From assembly GCA_947175015.1 (NCBI GenBank), contig CAMWLE010000001.1:13755-77754 (forward strand): DNA of 64,000 nucleotides, written 5' to 3'. Of this stretch, positions 1-9,652 are shown one piece after another. Under the pieces are notes generated by a model. It made no database searches and was not told the origin of the DNA. It worked only from the letters and a program-made list of their open reading frames with translations. Position 1 is the first letter of the stretch, and each line of letters begins with the position of its first letter. This stretch comes from an uncultured bacterium (GTDB lineage Bacteria; Bacillota; Clostridia; Lachnospirales; Lachnospiraceae). Position numbers and translations under genes: made by a program.

Positions 1-1844
1 GCCACAGACCAGCTTGCCATAGTACACTTTATTTTCATATCCTGGTCATCACCAGTCTTGTGCGATCTACGTACCTCTACCTCCGCCCTTTTACACCAAC
101 CAGGCATACGAAATGCCATAGTAGCATAGCAGGATACTGCGTCTTCTTTCATGCCTTGATTTTCTTCTATTCCCTGCTCCGCATCTGATTCCTGCTGCCT
201 CTTCGCTGTCCGGTTTTCTTCCGTTTTCTGGCCCGCAGTTTCTTCTGACACCCTTATGTCCTGCTCAGCAGCCTTTTCCTCCGACACTGTTCTGTCCTCT
301 CCTACACGGCGAAACAGCACTTTTACCCGTCCCTCCCAGGGGAATTCGCTTTCCAATACAATATTCGCTCTCTTACCATCCAAATTCACAGAAATATCGC
401 TCCCCACATACAAATGTGTATAAAGCGTATCCTCATTCTGCGTATACACATAAGCCCCCAGCGAACTCACTGTTCTGGCAATATTAGGCGGACAGCAGGC
501 ACAGCCAAACCATTTCTGCCGCACTGGCTTTACATGGCGCTTTCTTTCATCGCTCTTACATGCTTCAGGTAATACTTCCAGCGGATTCACATAGAAAAAG
601 CTCTTTCCATCCAATGCCATCCCCGCCAATACCGTATTATATAGTGCCTGTTCCATCACATCCCCATATCGACTGTCCGCCTTAAGCTGCAGCATTCTTC
701 TGGCAAAAAAGGTAAGTCCGATTGCCGCACAAGTTTCGGAATATGCCGTATCATTTGGCAAATCATAGGGAAACGAAAACGCTTCGCCCACATGAGTACC
801 GCCAATCCCGCCCGTTATATATAACTTTTCTCTGACAATACTATTCCATAACCGTTCACAAGCCTCCAACAATGCCGCATCACCGCTTAACCTTGCCACA
901 TCGGCCATTCCACTGTACAAATACACTGCCCGTACCGCATGTCCTACTGCCTCCGACTGTTCCCGCACCGGCAGATGTGCCTGATGATACTGAAACCGTA
1001 ATTCTTCGCCGGGCCGCTTATAGGATCTTCCGTCATGTTCTGCCCGCTCCGCTTCCTCCAAATCAAAATAATAAGGCCTCCTGCCACGCATATCCAGGAA
1101 GAAGCTGCCAAGCTCCAAATACTTCTTCTCGCCAGTCAGCTCATACAATCTTGCCAAAGCCATTTCCGCAATCTCATGTCCGGGGTAACCCTTACATTTT
1201 CCCTCTTCCGGTCCAAATTTCATACACAGAAAATCAGCATAACACTTCACCGCCTCCAACAGTTTCTCCTTGCCCGTTGCCTGATAATAAGCTATGGCAC
1301 CTTCCGCCAGATGCCCAAAACAATATAATTCATGATGGTCACGGAGATTCGTAAAAATGCGATCCATTCCATTAATAATATAGTAAGTATCTAAATACCC
1401 GTTCTCCGCCTGTGCCGCACACACAATATCTATGGCCTCATCCGCAACTTTTTCCAATGCTGCATCCGGATGATTTATCAAACTATATGCCACTGCTTCA
1501 ATCCATTTTGCAAAATCACTGTCCTGAAACACAAATCCATAAAATTTGTCAGGTTCAGGATTGGCAGGATCCTCCGGAAGCGCCTCAAATCCCCGGAATG
1601 TATAGGATGGAGCTGTAAATGCGCTTCCCTGCTCTCTTTTTTCTCTCATCAGACGGCCTGCCACCTTGAAATTACGCATACAATAGCTGGGCGCCGCATC
1701 CGGAATGCGATCATTCAATGCTTCCCATTGGTAGGGGATCACCTCTGTGCGTACCAATTCCTGTTCCCGCCCCCAAAAAGTATCCGTAATCCGTACATCT
1801 TTTAAATCCAATGGTATGCTAAATGCTTCCTCTATCCTCCCCAT
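1..1844 (-). CDS. Glycoside hydrolase family 127 (beta-L-arabinofuranosidase-like), 3' end outside the window
   Basis: Hand translation from ATG 1844: MGRIEEAFSIPLDLKDVRITDTFWGREQELVRTEVIPYQWEALND...; later GHAVRAVYLY, YSETCAAIGL and RQKWFGCACCPPNIAR motifs typical of GH127. Absent from the ORF track because it runs off the window edge. Confidence 0.88.
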   Translation of the reverse strand, partial: MGRIEEAFSIPLDLKDVRITDTFWGREQELVRTEVIPYQWEALNDRIPDAAPSYCMRNFKVAGRLMREKREQGSAFTAPSYTFRGFEALPEDPANPEPDKFYGFVFQDSDFAKWIEAVAYSLINHPDAALEKVADEAIDIVCAAQAENGYLDTYYIINGMDRIFTNLRDHHELYCFGHLAEGAIAYYQATGKEKLLEAVKCYADFLCMKFGPEEGKCKGYPGHEIAEMALARLYELTGEKKYLELGSFFLDMRGRRPYYFDLEEAERAEHDGRSYKRPGEELRFQYHQAHLPVREQSEAVGHAVRAVYLYSGMADVARLSGDAALLEACERLWNSIVREKLYITGGIGGTHVGEAFSFPYDLPNDTAYSETCAAIGLTFFARRMLQLKADSRYGDVMEQALYNTVLAGMALDGKSFFYVNPLEVLPEACKSDERKRHVKPVRQKWFGCACCPPNIARTVSSLGAYVYTQNEDTLYTHLYVGSDISVNLDGKRANIVLESEFPWEGRVKVLFRRVGEDRTVSEEKAAEQDIRVSEETAGQKTEENRTAKRQQESDAEQGIEENQGMKEDAVSCYATMAFRMPGWCKRAEVEVRRSHKTGDDQDMKIKCTMASWSV

Positions 1845-1849
1845 AAACG

Positions 1850-2734
1850 CTATACCTCACAATCCTTTCTGAACTCCTGTACACTTTCAGCTCTTGCGGC
1901 TGCCCTCAACCAGACACGCAGCACATCAAGATTCTTCTCACTCATAATTTTGTCAGCCAATTCTGTTGGGACTGGCCCCAACTCCCCCAAAAGCTGTATA
2001 ATATCCTCTGCCTTTCCTTCCGCTTTTCCTTCTGCTTTTCCTTCTGCCTTACCACAATCCCTCACATAATCATCCTCTGCTTTTCGATCACGCTTCAATT
2101 TCAGATTCATTTCATATTTGTAGCGCAATGACTTATTCAAACTCATCTCCTTCAATATCTCTATCGCTTCTCTCAATCCATCATTTTTTACCATAATCAT
2201 ATCCAGTTCTTCACCTCTTTTCGCATTAAATAAACGTATCCAGTCATCAACCGCTTTTGTTCCCTGCAGTTCCTTCCCAAGTTCTATAATATGTATCTGA
2301 AACAAATCTGTCAGATTTTTCCCAGACCTATCTCTTAAGTAATACACCGAATGATACTCTGCCCCTTCCATCAAATCAAAATCTAATACAGCAATACTGA
2401 TACATCTTCGCAGTTTGTCATACTCTTCTCCCCTCTTCAACTCCTCTGTGTACATCTTCGCCAAATAGAACAATTGTCTTTTGATCCAATGCTTTAATAA
2501 CCGCACCTGCATCTCTACATCGACAACAACATCCCCATTCAATTCCATCAATACATCCAGAATTCCCTGTTTTTGCTTACGATAACGTACCCACAAATGA
2601 GGATTAACCAGTTTAGCAGACTTGATGTGTTCCAGCGGAATGCCCAATACATCGCTTAAAAACTGCTTTCTGACATTCTCATGAGAAAACAATTCTTTGA
2701 ATGCATAATCACTCTTCAAAGAAATAAGCTTCAT
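1850..2734 (-). CDS. Rpn family / PD-(D/E)XK nuclease (PDDEXK_2, putative transposase)
   Basis: LKSDYAFKELF, LDVLMEL...DVEMQ, R-x-LFYLAKMY motifs and C-terminal GKAE repeats. Start moved to ATG 2734, which follows GGAGG. Confidence 0.85.
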   Translation of the reverse strand: MKLISLKSDYAFKELFSHENVRKQFLSDVLGIPLEHIKSAKLVNPHLWVRYRKQKQGILDVLMELNGDVVVDVEMQVRLLKHWIKRQLFYLAKMYTEELKRGEEYDKLRRCISIAVLDFDLMEGAEYHSVYYLRDRSGKNLTDLFQIHIIELGKELQGTKAVDDWIRLFNAKRGEELDMIMVKNDGLREAIEILKEMSLNKSLRYKYEMNLKLKRDRKAEDDYVRDCGKAEGKAEGKAEGKAEDIIQLLGELGPVPTELADKIMSEKNLDVLRVWLRAAARAESVQEFRKDCEV

Positions 2735-3023
2735 ATTTCCTCCTGTTTCTGCAGAAGGAAATTCAAATATCACCTTTGAAAATCCTCTGCTTCTATTGTA
2801 ATAAAGTTGAATAAAAGCATAGATTTTCCGAAATATCATAGAAAGTACGCTTTGCGGACTTATAAGATTACCAAGTCAGTTATGTTCTAGAAATTATTAT
2901 GCTTTGCATTTATTGTAACATATCCTTTCTTATTGTCAAGCTGTAATTCGGCTATCATTAAGCACTGAACGACGGAACAGTAACAACACAGAACATCCCT
3001 TTTGTGTTGTTCTGAAAATATTG

Positions 3024-3052
3024 TTGACACAGACTATAATCCATGTTAGGAT
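3024..3052 (+). promoter_or_regulatory. SigA-type promoter for the leader of the MutS2-like gene
   Basis: TTGACA (3024-3029), 17-nt spacer, TG-n-TAGGAT (3047-3052). Confidence 0.7.
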
Positions 3053-3096
3053 GTAAGAGATGGTAAAAATACATCAGATAAAAAAGGAGGATATTT

Positions 3097-3135
3097 ATGT
3101 CGAGGGTTGTAAGAAGCGAGGATAATACCAACTGA
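3097..3135 (+). CDS. Putative leader peptide MSRVVRSEDNTN (uORF)
   Basis: AAGGAGG ending at 3090, ATG 3097, TGA 3133-3135; directly after the promoter and ~620 nt before the next gene. Confidence 0.6.
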   Translation: MSRVVRSEDNTN

Positions 3136-3220
3136 ATCGTTGCAGGGGACACAGTGTGCGTTGGTTGATGCTTTTTTGATTATCAATGTATTATAACGCT
3201 GTCAGTTTGTCCTTTTATCG

Positions 3221-3636
3221 GCACCAGTATGATGGACAGGAACCATCTGTTCCGAACAGAAAACCGGACTAAGTTTTTACTTGTCCGAAATATGCTGGAG
3301 TGCTGCTGAATCCGCCTTACAAATGCCTGACATATTTCAATAAATTTCGCATTCATGAAATAGGAAGCATGGCTGTACGGCCATGTTTTTTGATGGTCTT
3401 AAACAGGTACCTTCCTATGTCACAATCATGAATCAGAATCCAAATTCATAGATAGCCCCGAAGAACAGCGAGAATAATGAAAGCGATTCTTGGAACTATC
3501 TCTCAGAATACATTTGTCATGGTACAATACAGCTTAATCAAGACATGAAACGGCCAGGTAAATGGCCCTCCATACCATGTGCGGCCTGTGCACATGAGAT
3601 AACATGTCTGTAAGGCGGATTACCATGGCATTTTCT
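3221..3636 (+). promoter_or_regulatory. Large structured 5' leader / probable attenuator
   Basis: Several nested inverted repeats. A perfect 13-bp pairing 3309-3321 with 3609-3621 competes with a long hairpin 3515-3630 that is followed by TTTTCT. Confidence 0.6.
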
Positions 3637-3757
3637 ATGCCCCAAATTGCAAAATGATCAGGAAAAATCCCCATACACAAAACCTATTTGAAAACAATGT
3701 AATCTAACTACCAGAAAAATGGTCCGTTTCGCGGATCTTTCATTAGGAGATATTGCC

Positions 3758-5788
3758 ATGTATCAGGAAGAAATTATTTTAGAGTTTGATAAGATAAAAA
3801 AAATGTGGGCAGAATGCGCCCTGACAGGATATGCAAAAACAGTCATACAAGATACCCATCCCTTTCTGTCAGAAATAGAATTGGATGCAAAACTGAATGA
3901 AACCACACAGGCACGACACATGTTGGAAAAATGCGGAACACCGCCTCTTTCTTCTCCGGACGGCATTCGGGAAATTGTCCGTTCCGCGCAGACAGGCCAA
4001 TGTCTGTCCATTGCAGAACTGGAAAAAACAGCACAAGTTCTTGTGTCAGTCAAAAGGTTGAAAGACTATCTGACAAGGGGCAAAAATTATGAGATATCAC
4101 TGGCTTACTATGAGGAAAACCTGGAGCCGTTGGAACATATCAAGGAACAGATACATTCCCAAATATGGAATGACCAGGTAGCCGACAACGCCTCTGAACT
4201 GCTGAAGAAACTAAGGAATGAAATCATTCATACGGAAACCAAAATGCGTGACAAAGCGGATGCTGTTCTCCGTTCTAATAAAGAATGTATGTCTGACAGC
4301 TTCAGCACCATCCGCAACGGGCATGTCTGCATTCCGGTAAAGAAAGAATATAAATTCCGTATCAGCGGTACTGTGATCGACAAATCCGCTACTGGCAGCA
4401 CACTATTCATAGAACCCTCTGCCTCCGGAAAATATTATGAAGAACTGCAGGAATTAAGAATCGATGAAGAAAATGAAGTCCGCAGAATACTCTATACTCT
4501 CACGGCATTGATTGCTGACCATGGAGAAATCATAGAACAAAATACCAGATTTACTGAAAAATTGGATTTCATTTTCTCCAAAGGCAAATTAAGCCTTGGT
4601 TATGACGGCACTGCGCCAAAATTACTTCAAGAACGGTATATCAACTTTCGTAATGCCAGACACCCGCTTATGGACAAAAATACCTGTGTGCCGCTGCAAT
4701 TTTCTATCGGAAACGGAATAAACGGAATTGTGATAACCGGTCCTAACACCGGCGGCAAGACAGTAGCAATCAAAACGGTAGCGCTGAACTGTATGATGGC
4801 GCAATGCGGACTCCATGTGGCATGTGAAGAAGCTGAACTGTGTATGAACAGTAATTTTCTCTGCGATATTGGAGATGGTCAGAATTTATCGGAAAATCTG
4901 TCCACCTTCTCTGCCCATATCACAAATATATTGGATATATTAAAACGGGTCAACAAAGACAGTCTTGTAATATTGGATGAATTAGGCTCCGGAACAGATC
5001 CGGCCGAGGGGATGGGAATTGCCATTGCCATTCTGGAAGAATTAAAGAAAAGCGGTGCTCTCTTCCTGGCTACCACCCATTATCCGGAAGTAAAAAGCTA
5101 TGCGGCACAGGAAGATTCTATTGTCAATGCAAGAATGACTTTTGATAAAGAGAATCTGAAACCTCTCTATCAAATGGTAATCGGTGAAGCCGGAGAAAGT
5201 TGTGCTTTCTACATTGCGGAACGGCTCGGCATGCCGGCCAGCCTGTTAAGACGAGCCGCAATGGAAGCTTATGGAAAACATTCTGTAACAGCAGCGCATG
5301 AAACGCCCTTTACAGCAGAAACTCATGCAACAATTACTCCAACAAAAGCTCCTGAAGCTCCCACCGCAGAAGATGCAAATGAAACGCTTACCACTGAAAA
5401 TGCTCATGAAAGGTCCACCTCCGCAGATGCAAATGAAACTTATGAAAAGATAAAAAAGGAAGCCGCCCCCATCATTATACACAAGAAACCCCAAAGGCCC
5501 AAAGCTGAAATCCCTTTTCAGCGCGGCGACAGCGTTATGATTTACCCCGATAAAAAAATCGGAATCGTATGCGAAACCGCCAATGAAAAAGGAATACTCC
5601 GTGTACAGCTTCCAAGCAAGAAAATATGGATCAACCACAAGCGTGTAAAACTCCTGGTTGCGGCAGAAGAATTATATCCTCCGGATTACGACTTTTCCAT
5701 TATCTTCGATACGGTAGCTAACCGCAAACTCAGGCACCAAATGGATCGAAGACATGTAGAAGGTCAGGCTATTGTCTCTGAAGAATAA
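3758..5788 (+). CDS. MutS2/RqcU-like ABC ATPase with C-terminal KOW-like domain, no Smr domain
   Basis: LEFDKIK start, Walker A ITGPNTGGKT, SENLSTFS, LVILDELGSGTDPAEG, ATTHY, GESCAFYIA; C-terminal FQRGDSVMI..KKIGIV. Start ATG 3758 follows AGGAG. Confidence 0.85.
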   Translation: MYQEEIILEFDKIKKMWAECALTGYAKTVIQDTHPFLSEIELDAKLNETTQARHMLEKCGTPPLSSPDGIREIVRSAQTGQCLSIAELEKTAQVLVSVKRLKDYLTRGKNYEISLAYYEENLEPLEHIKEQIHSQIWNDQVADNASELLKKLRNEIIHTETKMRDKADAVLRSNKECMSDSFSTIRNGHVCIPVKKEYKFRISGTVIDKSATGSTLFIEPSASGKYYEELQELRIDEENEVRRILYTLTALIADHGEIIEQNTRFTEKLDFIFSKGKLSLGYDGTAPKLLQERYINFRNARHPLMDKNTCVPLQFSIGNGINGIVITGPNTGGKTVAIKTVALNCMMAQCGLHVACEEAELCMNSNFLCDIGDGQNLSENLSTFSAHITNILDILKRVNKDSLVILDELGSGTDPAEGMGIAIAILEELKKSGALFLATTHYPEVKSYAAQEDSIVNARMTFDKENLKPLYQMVIGEAGESCAFYIAERLGMPASLLRRAAMEAYGKHSVTAAHETPFTAETHATITPTKAPEAPTAEDANETLTTENAHERSTSADANETYEKIKKEAAPIIIHKKPQRPKAEIPFQRGDSVMIYPDKKIGIVCETANEKGILRVQLPSKKIWINHKRVKLLVAAEELYPPDYDFSIIFDTVANRKLRHQMDRRHVEGQAIVSEE

Positions 5789-6536
5789 GCTGACAATACT
5801 CTCCTTCCTTCAGAATTACATTTTTCTCATAACGAAAACCCAACTTTTCGCATAATCTTAAGGAAGGGATATTGCCCGGTGCAACCAACACCTGCACCTG
5901 ACTGAAATCTAATGCTGTCCAGCCATACCTGAGAACCCCCTGGCAAACCTCCATTGCATAACCTTTTCTTTGCCAGGGGGTACCTATGATAAACCCTAAT
6001 TCAGGATCTTCAAATCCTTCCCTGTTAGAAAAACCTGCTCTGCCGATAATTTCACCGCTTTGATGCTCTATCACTGTCCAGATTCCATATCCATAATAGG
6101 TATATATCTTATCAATATATTCCCTGATATACTGTTTTTCTTCTTCCTTTTCCGGATACAGATTTTCCATATATTTTGTAATGGAAGGATCACTGTATAT
6201 TCTGTAAAATGCTTCCACATCCTCCGGTTTGGTTTCCCGAATCCGGCATCTGTCCGTGTTCATAATATACCAGGGCAATCCCTTTAGTCTGCGATAAACT
6301 CTCTCAATATATTCCAGCTCCAACTCTTCCGGATCTTCCACCGCAAACAAATAATTTGAAAAGTCCTGTTCGCTATTGCCCGGATGAAGATATATAAGCA
6401 CTGCCTCTCCCTCTGTCCGCAATGTTTCCGCAATCTGTGCCTCATCAGTCACATATAGTACTGCTTCTGTCCCTTCTGTTTGAAATTGTATTTTCTTTAA
6501 ATAACTCACTTTTGTTCGTTCTCCTATTAACGGCAT
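5769..6536 (-). CDS. GNAT family N-acetyltransferase (RimJ/RimL-like) with N-terminal extension
   Basis: ELGFIIGTPWQRKGYAME and NIPSLRLCEKLGF acetyl-CoA-binding motifs. Confidence 0.8.
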   Translation of the reverse strand: MPLIGERTKVSYLKKIQFQTEGTEAVLYVTDEAQIAETLRTEGEAVLIYLHPGNSEQDFSNYLFAVEDPEELELEYIERVYRRLKGLPWYIMNTDRCRIRETKPEDVEAFYRIYSDPSITKYMENLYPEKEEEKQYIREYIDKIYTYYGYGIWTVIEHQSGEIIGRAGFSNREGFEDPELGFIIGTPWQRKGYAMEVCQGVLRYGWTALDFSQVQVLVAPGNIPSLRLCEKLGFRYEKNVILKEGEYCQLILQRQ

Positions 6537-6696
6537 AACATCTCACTTCATATTTTGTTTACAATTCATTCAATTAATCTTCAATTAATTATCACTTTTT
6601 ATCCATTTCTACCTCGTATACTATATTTATCAACAACGAAACACCATAATAAAGAAGCCAATTACAGTTTATTGTTTACTAAATAACTTTTTCATA

Positions 6697-6727
6697 ATAA
6701 ATGCCAAGGAACCCGGTTCCTTGGCAT
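6697..6727 (-). terminator. Probable intrinsic terminator after the hybrid kinase operon
   Basis: Perfect 12-bp stem ATGCCAAGGAAC/GTTCCTTGGCAT with a T-rich tail on the minus strand. Confidence 0.55.
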
Positions 6728-6750
6728 CCTCCCTTTTCCGGGTTCATTAT

Positions 6751-6830
6751 CAAACAATCCGTGAGAAGAATGCCAAGTGCGCTTACTCACTGACACTCTT
6801 CAGTGCGCAAAAGGTCCGGTATGCAGACCT
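6751..6830. repeat. Dispersed palindromic intergenic repeat, copy 1 (degenerate)
   Basis: CAAACAATCCGTGAGAAGAATGCC is identical to 28301-28324; also shares AAAAGGTC..TGCAGACCT. Confidence 0.75.
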
Positions 6831-6894
6831 GGAAATCCTTATCAGGCGTACCAAAGAAAGGTGCACAAAGAGAGATTCATGCCCCCCTTGACGC

Positions 6895-9597
6895 TTAGAA
6901 GTTCTTTGCACACTTGGCAAACATAAGTCCAAATGTCCCTACACCACAATTACTGGAAACCGTTGCTGAAGCCTTCTGCAAAACTACCCTGTCAAAAGCA
7001 ACATATTTCTTCACTTCTTCCAATATTTCGTCCAACTGTTGAACTGTACATCCCGCATAAGTAAGAAATAGAATATTTGTATTTATCTCTTTGGCATCAT
7101 GCAGCAGCTTCTTCACATATCTTCGTCCGGCCCACTGTATTTTGCCTGTTTCAATCTTCCAAAGCTTTAGTCTATTTTCTGACATACGAAGTATAGGGTG
7201 TAACCCAAGCATCTTACAGAACTTATGTACCGTACCACTGACCTTCCCATTTCGGAACAAGGTTTCTGTACTGGGCACGAAGAAATTCGAGCATATTAAA
7301 TCCTTGGCCTGCTCCAGCGCAGCACAAATTTCCTTCACATTTTTTCCCGCCTCTGCCATATAGGCCGCATACAGCACCATAAGCCCATGTCCGCTGCTGA
7401 TATGCCCGGAATCCATCACTGTAACATTATCAAAATTCTTACTTGCCTGTATCGCATTTGGATAAGCACCACTTAAATCCACTGTAGCAGTAATATGCAG
7501 CACATGCTCTGCCTTTTCCAGTGAATCAGCGAAAAAATACTCATACTCCGAAGGGGCCGCCGTAGAAGAATGTGCATAATTTCCCTCTATTTTCAGGTAA
7601 TTCAGCAAACTGTCAGAAGATACCTCCGCAACATCACAGAATCGCCCCTCCTTTGTATGGACATAACAATACATAATCCCAATCTGATATTTATTCAGCC
7701 ACTCTTCCGGCAAATCGCAAATACAATCTGCCGTAATAGCCACCTTGCGTTTTCTTTGGCTGGTAATCTGACTGATATCACTCATATCAGCCGAATCAGC
7801 CCCCACCCTGCCAACAGTATACTCAACCAACTCCGGCGGAAGATACTTTAGCAGACTGGCTTCCAAAAGTGCAGCGTTAATAGGCTTTGCAAGATAACCG
7901 TCAAATCCCATATCCTGATAAATCTGGTCGGCATTTGTCATCACATTGGCAGTCAAGGCCAGCACTGGTGCTTTCTGACAGAAGCCTTTTGCCTGACTTC
8001 GGAGGGCTCTTAACGTTTCTTCTCCGTCCATACCCGGCATCATATGATCCATCAATATTACATGATATGGTCTCTCAGCAGTTTTTTTCAAGCATTCTTT
8101 GCCGCTCTCCACCGTATCTATCTGTACCTTAGTACTTCGCAACAGCTTCGTCACCACCATACGATTCATATCATTATCATCCACTACCAGAACATGTGCC
8201 TCTGGTGCTGTAAAATATTGTTTATACTTTGTACGGTGATTCAATTGTTTTTGAGCAGCAAAATTAATGACGCCAATAGGTTGTGCGCTGATAATTCCCT
8301 GCCTCAGTTCTATTGTAAATACGGACCCCTTGTGATAAACACTATCCACAGAAATCTTTCCGCCCATCATTTCCACAAGCTGCTTGGAAATCGTAAGTCC
8401 CAAACCAGTTCCTTCAATTTTACGGTTTGCCTGTTCATCCACCCTTTTAAATGCGCGGAATAAATCATCAATATTTTCTTTTTTAATACCCATACCGGTA
8501 TCTGCCACTGAAATACGTAGTAAAAATACCTCCGCAGAGATACGTTCCCCTTTCGCAGCCAGGGTCACTGATCCCTTTTCCGTATACTTTACAGCATTTG
8601 TCAACATATTTGCCACAATTTGTTTGATTCGCACTTCATCTCCATACAACATGGAAGGTATGCTGTGATCAATATCCACTTTGAACTCCAGTTCCTTTTG
8701 ATGTGCCCGCACCCAAATCAAATTTACAAGATCACTGAACATACTGCTGACCTCATATTGCGCCTGCACAATTTCCATTTTGCCGGATTCCAGTTTCGAT
8801 AGATCCAATATATCATTTATTGTAGTTAACAACATTTTGCTGGCATTCTGAATATTAATGGCATTCTCGGCTATTTCATCAGAAATATTTTCCCGCAAAG
8901 TCATTTCATTTAACCCGATAATTGTATTGATGGGGGTACGAATCTCATGGCTCATATTTGCAAAAAAAGCATCCTTAGATCGAGCAATCTGTTCTATTTC
9001 CTCTTTTTGTTTCTCCACTACCTGACTTTCTTTTTCATATGAATACACCTGTGCTTTCAACAACATTCCAATAAAACAACTGACCACAAACATGGTATTA
9101 AAGGAGTCAAAGGCACTGTAAAAGCGCGTTGGTGCATCTGACAAAATTTCCGGATATTGATAGGCAAGAAAATAAGTAACCATAAAGGCTGCAACCGAAA
9201 CCGACATGGCAATGAAAAATTCCCGCCCACGAAACAGAAGAAAAATATATACCAACCCTAACACAAACCAGACAGGAATCCCACTCTCTGTACCGCCACT
9301 CAAGATAAAAATCGCCGGAAACAGAAACACATTTGAGGCAAGGACCAACAACCAAGAGGCAATATGTATCTTGTGATATTTGAAAGTGATCCAAAAAGCT
9401 ACTCCTGATACAATACACATAAGTACTAACGGTATCAGTACAAACGGATTTGCACCGATTAACACACGCCCCATACCAATTACAGATGCCAGACAAGCAA
9501 ATGCCAAAATCATCCGTGTGCGCCTTTCCTGCAGATCCGTCTGTTGATGAAGCATATTAAGAACTTCTGTCCGTATCTCTTTGAACATCGTTTTCAT
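6895..9597 (-). CDS. Membrane hybrid histidine kinase: TM-HisKA-HATPase-REC fused to a C-terminal DegV domain
   Basis: FANMSHEIRTP, LTNAVKYT, GTGLGL, VVDDN..MDHMMP; then KVAITADCICDLP...LSGAY...VMDSGHISSGHGL...SSNCGVGTFGL (DegV fold). Confidence 0.88.
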   Translation of the reverse strand: MKTMFKEIRTEVLNMLHQQTDLQERRTRMILAFACLASVIGMGRVLIGANPFVLIPLVLMCIVSGVAFWITFKYHKIHIASWLLVLASNVFLFPAIFILSGGTESGIPVWFVLGLVYIFLLFRGREFFIAMSVSVAAFMVTYFLAYQYPEILSDAPTRFYSAFDSFNTMFVVSCFIGMLLKAQVYSYEKESQVVEKQKEEIEQIARSKDAFFANMSHEIRTPINTIIGLNEMTLRENISDEIAENAINIQNASKMLLTTINDILDLSKLESGKMEIVQAQYEVSSMFSDLVNLIWVRAHQKELEFKVDIDHSIPSMLYGDEVRIKQIVANMLTNAVKYTEKGSVTLAAKGERISAEVFLLRISVADTGMGIKKENIDDLFRAFKRVDEQANRKIEGTGLGLTISKQLVEMMGGKISVDSVYHKGSVFTIELRQGIISAQPIGVINFAAQKQLNHRTKYKQYFTAPEAHVLVVDDNDMNRMVVTKLLRSTKVQIDTVESGKECLKKTAERPYHVILMDHMMPGMDGEETLRALRSQAKGFCQKAPVLALTANVMTNADQIYQDMGFDGYLAKPINAALLEASLLKYLPPELVEYTVGRVGADSADMSDISQITSQRKRKVAITADCICDLPEEWLNKYQIGIMYCYVHTKEGRFCDVAEVSSDSLLNYLKIEGNYAHSSTAAPSEYEYFFADSLEKAEHVLHITATVDLSGAYPNAIQASKNFDNVTVMDSGHISSGHGLMVLYAAYMAEAGKNVKEICAALEQAKDLICSNFFVPSTETLFRNGKVSGTVHKFCKMLGLHPILRMSENRLKLWKIETGKIQWAGRRYVKKLLHDAKEINTNILFLTYAGCTVQQLDEILEEVKKYVAFDRVVLQKASATVSSNCGVGTFGLMFAKCAKNF

Positions 9598-9652
9598 TTC
9601 TCCTTTCTCAGCCTATGTTACCTATCTGAGACTCTCAATACAGTATCCGCCA

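Noticed and set aside
872-1805. Plus-strand ORFs of 68-160 aa
   Set aside because: They are antisense shadows of the minus-strand GH127 gene.
3758-5788. Mismatch-repair MutS call
   Set aside because: It lacks the N-terminal mismatch-binding domain and no mutL is nearby; the motifs fit the MutS2 lineage.
5769-5788. 20-nt convergent overlap between the MutS2-like and GNAT genes as antisense regulation
   Set aside because: Short tail-to-tail overlaps are common, and there is no further evidence.
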